DNA of 64,000 nucleotides from the human T2T-CHM13v2.0 reference genome, Homo sapiens: assembly GCF_009914755.1 (NCBI RefSeq), contig NC_060929.1; one strand, given 5' to 3'. Position numbers and translations under genes: made by a program. The notes under the pieces were generated by a model that saw only the letters and a program-made list of their open reading frames with translations, searched no databases and was not told where the DNA came from. This document shows positions 58,935 to 64,000 of the stretch, piece after piece; the first letter of the stretch is position 1; the number at the start of each line of letters is the position of its first letter.

Positions 58935-59003
58935 ATTATATTATTAACATAATAATATAAATATATTATTAACATAATAATATAAATATTATATTATTAA
59001 CAT
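58935..59003. repeat. AT-rich tandem repeat, unit about 26 bp, about 2.5 copies
   Basis: 'atattattaacatataatataaat' repeated. Confidence 0.85.
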
Positions 59004-59460
59004 CAAATGACAATTCGTATTTTAAGATTTGCTTTGAAAATTTCCAACTCAAATTGAATTTTAAAGACTATCTGAATGGCTTGGCAGTGTGGAAAAGATT
59101 TCACACAAACTCCATTAGGCAAACCACAGATATTCTAAGATACATTCTGTCCTAACGACATTTCCTTCCAAGTGTGCAGATATTCTTGGTAATCTATATC
59201 TTTATCTATTTGGAATTTATAAAATCATTCTAAATTGAAAGAAGTACACATTAAGAATGTATAATTCTTCCATATGCCATTATTTGAACATATTTTTAAC
59301 TAAAAATGTGGCATATGTATAAAATGCACACATTATAAGTGTAGAGTTCAATTAATTTTTACATAGTGAAACTTAGACACTTAAACAACTGCTACAAAGG
59401 TCATAAAACAGTACTTCAAAATGCCTATCCTTCTCCTGACTTATCCTTATGTTAACAGCA

Positions 59461-59462
<2 letters not shown>

Positions 59463-59505
<43 letters not shown>

Positions 59506-59530
59506 CGCGCGCACGTGTGTGCGTGCGCGC
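59463..59530. repeat. (GT)17(GC)8 plus mixed alternating purine-pyrimidine tract
   Basis: Read directly; uninterrupted RY alternation for 68 bp. Confidence 0.95.
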
Positions 59531-61041
59531 TTTGGTTGTAGTTAATATATGATGGAGAAGTGAGAATGCGTGTTTATGTAGTTGTGTGTGAGTGTATGTG
59601 TGCATATGTGTGAGTGTGCATGAGCATGTCTTCTATAGCTCAGCCGAACCTTATATTGATGGGAGTCATTGAGGTTGTTGCTTGTAGCAACAGTTCACTC
59701 GTTTACATTGATTTGTAGTTCCTTGTTTATAAATATATCACAATTGATTTTTTCGTTATATAATTGATGGGCCTTTGGCTTGTTTCCAGTTTTAAAGCAA
59801 ATATAAATAATGCTGCTATATGCATCTTTTTGCCCTTGATGAACACAAGTATGCATTTATGTTTACTACATACAGTTGAATGGAACTCTAGTGCTGGGTA
59901 TTTACCATAGATAATGTCAAATTTTGATTTTTACTTGTCACATTCTACCTCCATCAGCAATAAATGAACTATTATCAGTCCTATTTACTTCAACAAACTG
60001 GTAGGTTTGTAGTGTTTTCTCCTTCTGATTTTTTTCCCATGGTAACTATTACTTGCATTTCCTCATGATTAATGGAAACCTTTTCATACATTGACTGCCA
60101 ATTTAGATATTCTTCTTACTGAAGCGCTTCATCAAGCACCTGGCCCATTGTTTGTGGAATTCTCTTTCTTTGCTTGTTTATTTGCAGAAATGTATGTATT
60201 TTTCTGACTATAATTTTTTGTTAGTTATTATTATTTTCCAGTTACTGGCTTAAATTTTTACACGCTCTTAATTATTATGTACATATATATATATCTTAAC
60301 TATTCTGTATGACACACACTCATATAATATATACAAAGATTATATACGTGTGTGTGTTTGAGTAATTGACACAACACTATTTATTGCACAGATCAGCTTG
60401 GCTCTACTTTCAAATATCAAATATCCATATATGTATGAGTCTGTTTCTAATCAGATTAGTCAGATTACTCAGACTCTAATCTGTTCTATTGCTTTACTTG
60501 CTTATCCTCAGTTCAAAATAAGTCTTCCTGATTTATTTTCCAATACATGTGACAGCCTTTAGAAAAATCACCCAAATTTTTATTTCTTTTAAGTTACTGC
60601 CTTTGCTTTGTTTGCTTTTTATGTTTTAATATATATTTTACAATATCCACAAAAATAACCCAACAGTCATTTTATTTCTGATTGTACTGAATGTTTAGAA
60701 CAATCTTAGCACATTTAATACTTAACAATATTGAATCATTGATTTCAGGGACATAATACTGTCCTTGATTTATTTAGATCTTTTCAAATGTATAGCAATA
60801 AGCTTTATAGTCTTTAGTGCAGAATATGTTTACATCTAATATTCATATGCTTAGTTTTCCTCAATGTACTGCTAATACCATTTTTCTCTAATTGTTTATG
60901 GTATATACACATTCAATTGATTTTTTGCACCTCAGACTTATATGGAAATATTTGATAAGCATATTTTGTAATTAAAATGATATATAGATTACATAAATTT
61001 TATTATAAATTATATGAATAAATAATATTTTTTTTTTTTAA

Positions 61042-61349
<308 letters not shown>

Positions 61350-63584
61350 ATATTTTTATTTTTTACATTCAATTTTTGCCTTATTCTACTGTCCATAAGT
61401 TCTAAAATTAAGTCTAGTAGAGATAATAGAAACAGACTTCCTGTTGCCTTTCTTTGTTCAGAGAAAAAGCTGCTTTTTAAATTTTTTTATGTTAGTATAA
61501 TTTTTTTAAGCTGGATTTTACAAATATTATTTCCAGGATATTGAAATTCTCTTCTGTAAATGTGAATTTTTTAATAGAAATGAGAAATAAATGTATATAA
61601 TGCTTTTATTGGTTTTTAATTTTCTGATCACATATATTTTTTTTCCTGACTAAATCATCATCATACAATTACATTGATAATGTTCTGAATTTCAAAGGGC
61701 TCTTCCCTTTATGAACTAAGTCCAATGTGTTTATGGTGCATTATTATTCACATATTGTTCAAAATATTATATTTAGGAATTATGCACACATGATTTAGAC
61801 AGGAATTAACCTGTAGTTATCAGGTGTTTCTTTTTTATTCCTGATCTTTGTAGAGTTGTGCAATTATTCACATGCTTTTTTTCACTGAATATTTTATATA
61901 TTTCACTAGATAAATGCATTAGGTTTTCCTGTGGAAAGTTATTTAACATATTCAATTTCTTCACTAGATATAAAACTATATAAAACGTTTATTATTTTTA
62001 TCATTTTCAAATTGAATTGAGTTTTAGGATTTTTAACTTACTGAGATATCTAACTCAAAATCTCTGTATCTTGTTATATACTCAAAGGCTCAGATCCAAA
62101 TATGATAAATTTGAGACAGCAATAATTCATCTTTACCCATTTCGTTCAAAGTCTTCCACTAATTTTTTTGAGTTTTTAATGCCATCATATTTTATGCTTT
62201 TTATCACTGAAATATGATTCAACACATATAAAAATGTACATGTTATATGGTGAGGCATTATTTCTCGGTTATTTAGGCAGATTGTTAATGATTCATCAAT
62301 GTTTTGATACATGATTCTGATTTCTGCTTTTATCTAAACTAATTAACTTTTGATAGAAAAACTAAAATAATAATGTATTTGTGGCTAAAATACAACATAG
62401 TATCTTAAATGTTTTTGTGGCGGTTCAGTTCTAGTGGTGCTGCAGCTCCTTGCATGCGTATTGCAGAAAATGTGAGACAAATATTACCCATATCATTTCA
62501 TGTTAACATCACAAAGAAATTCTACGGAATATTAACAGGAACAGATTTGAAGTATACGTGTTTCTGAAGATTCTAATGTCCCTGTAAATATTAATAATTG
62601 GATAGAAACCAGCATCATTCATCAATGTTTCTTTAATATTAAAAGAGAGAAAAAAATCAAAATATAGGAAATTATGGGTCCTATTGTGATTCAGCCCTAA
62701 AGGTTCTATAGCAAGAGGCACGATTATATGAGCCAAAATGTTGTCTTAATTCTTCTCTCCCACCTCAATGCCTAAAAGGAATATCGGTCACCTGTATTTG
62801 TTATTGACACATATTTTTCTTTTGGCCAGTCATTTATTCATAGAGATGCACGCTATCAATGACCATTTTAAAAAATAATATAAATATTTGGAAAATGGAA
62901 AGAACAGTTAATTTGGTAATATTAAGGAAACCGTAAAACACACCCAGGTCTTTCCACACTTAGCAGTTCCATCACTGTATGTAATTGCTCTGTATCATGT
63001 CAGTTATTTTAAACTCTTTAGACTTATTCTAGTCCACATGAATTGTTTTTAAATAGTATTAGGTGGCTAAATGTGCTGACCTGTATTATCACTGCATTTT
63101 TTTTCCTCCTGGAGCTCATAACAATGTAAGCATTTCTGCAGAGTCTATACAAAGTCACAAACAAAGTCACTGGGCTGGAGCTTGTCACCCAATAATCGAC
63201 TCTGTCATTTATGAGTTCCCACTTTATGGCATTACTGAAATGCTTTCACCTGAACCATTACTGAGCAACCTGAATTGTGGGGATAAGTCTGCCACTGTTT
63301 TCTGCATACAATGACAGATCATCTAAGGGTGAAAGAGTCTCGGTGGGAAGAGAGCAAGTTCTGTCACAAGCCTCCCCTCTCCCTTTGTATATGCATGCCT
63401 GAGTAGGATGAAACTCTGCTTTCTAACAGTGTTATTTGTTGGAAATTGTTACTCCATTGCATTTATCACTCACAATTTGACAATTCCTCCTACAATGTAG
63501 TTGCCGCAGTGAACACACACACACTCCTGTGGAAATTGCTGTCAGCGAAAGAGAGTTTATTTTCTTCATGTTGATTCTCCATTC

Positions 63585-63770
63585 CAGCATCTGTGTGCTA
63601 AGCACTCTGTCAAGCATTGTGCATTCATTATTTCATTTAGTTCTCACAGCACCCCTAACAAATGGGTATTATGATCTCCTTTTTAAAATGCCCAGGTCAC
63701 AAAGCCTGAAAATAGTGCAATAACTATTCAACACTGCATTTCCTTAATTCCAGGCTCTCTGCCTTTTAAA
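63585..63770 (-). mobile_element. MIR
   Basis: 'tgtgtgctaagcactctgtcaagcattgtgcattcattatttcatttagttctcacagcaccc...cccaggtcaca'. Confidence 0.7.
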
Positions 63771-64000
63771 TGGGCTACCATATCTCCAGTGTGTGTGCAT
63801 CTAATATAATAATAATGCAGAATTTGCTTGGCATTTTAAAAAATTGTGAAACAGATATACCACAGCTATATATAACTTAGATGTACAACTAAATAATAAT
63901 AAAGAAAACAATATATTCACATATCAGCTAAATATCTTAGAAGCCCTTGTTTGTCCCTTATGGGCTTCATTCACCCAATAGTAACCAATTATTCTGAATT

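Overview
AT-rich, gene-poor primate genomic DNA, almost certainly human: two AluYb8 copies carry the human-specific 7-bp duplication. I find no intact protein-coding gene, tRNA/rRNA or CRISPR array. The supplied ORFs are either decayed L1 ORF1/ORF2, Alu or LTR read-through, or chance ORFs. The window is mostly transposable elements. Bases 1-14.85 kb are a nested L1 complex: an old L1MB-type host contains a 9 kb composite L1MA-type insert with two ORF1 modules, a THE1 LTR and, separately, an Alu. The rest holds about 14 Alus, several MaLR LTRs, an LTR-internal-LTR MLT1A-type provirus, MER20/MER44 DNA transposons, L2/MIR relics and microsatellites. The best leads are two near-identical, co-oriented, possibly polymorphic AluYb8 elements about 19.6 kb apart, the double-ORF1 L1 chimera, two 5'-inverted L1s, a candidate non-coding exon at 57.5 kb next to a G-rich motif, a 68-bp Z-DNA tract and two small hairpins. 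I see no convincing new biological system. Repeat subfamily names are recognised by eye, not by RepeatMasker/Dfam, and boundaries without TSDs are approximate.
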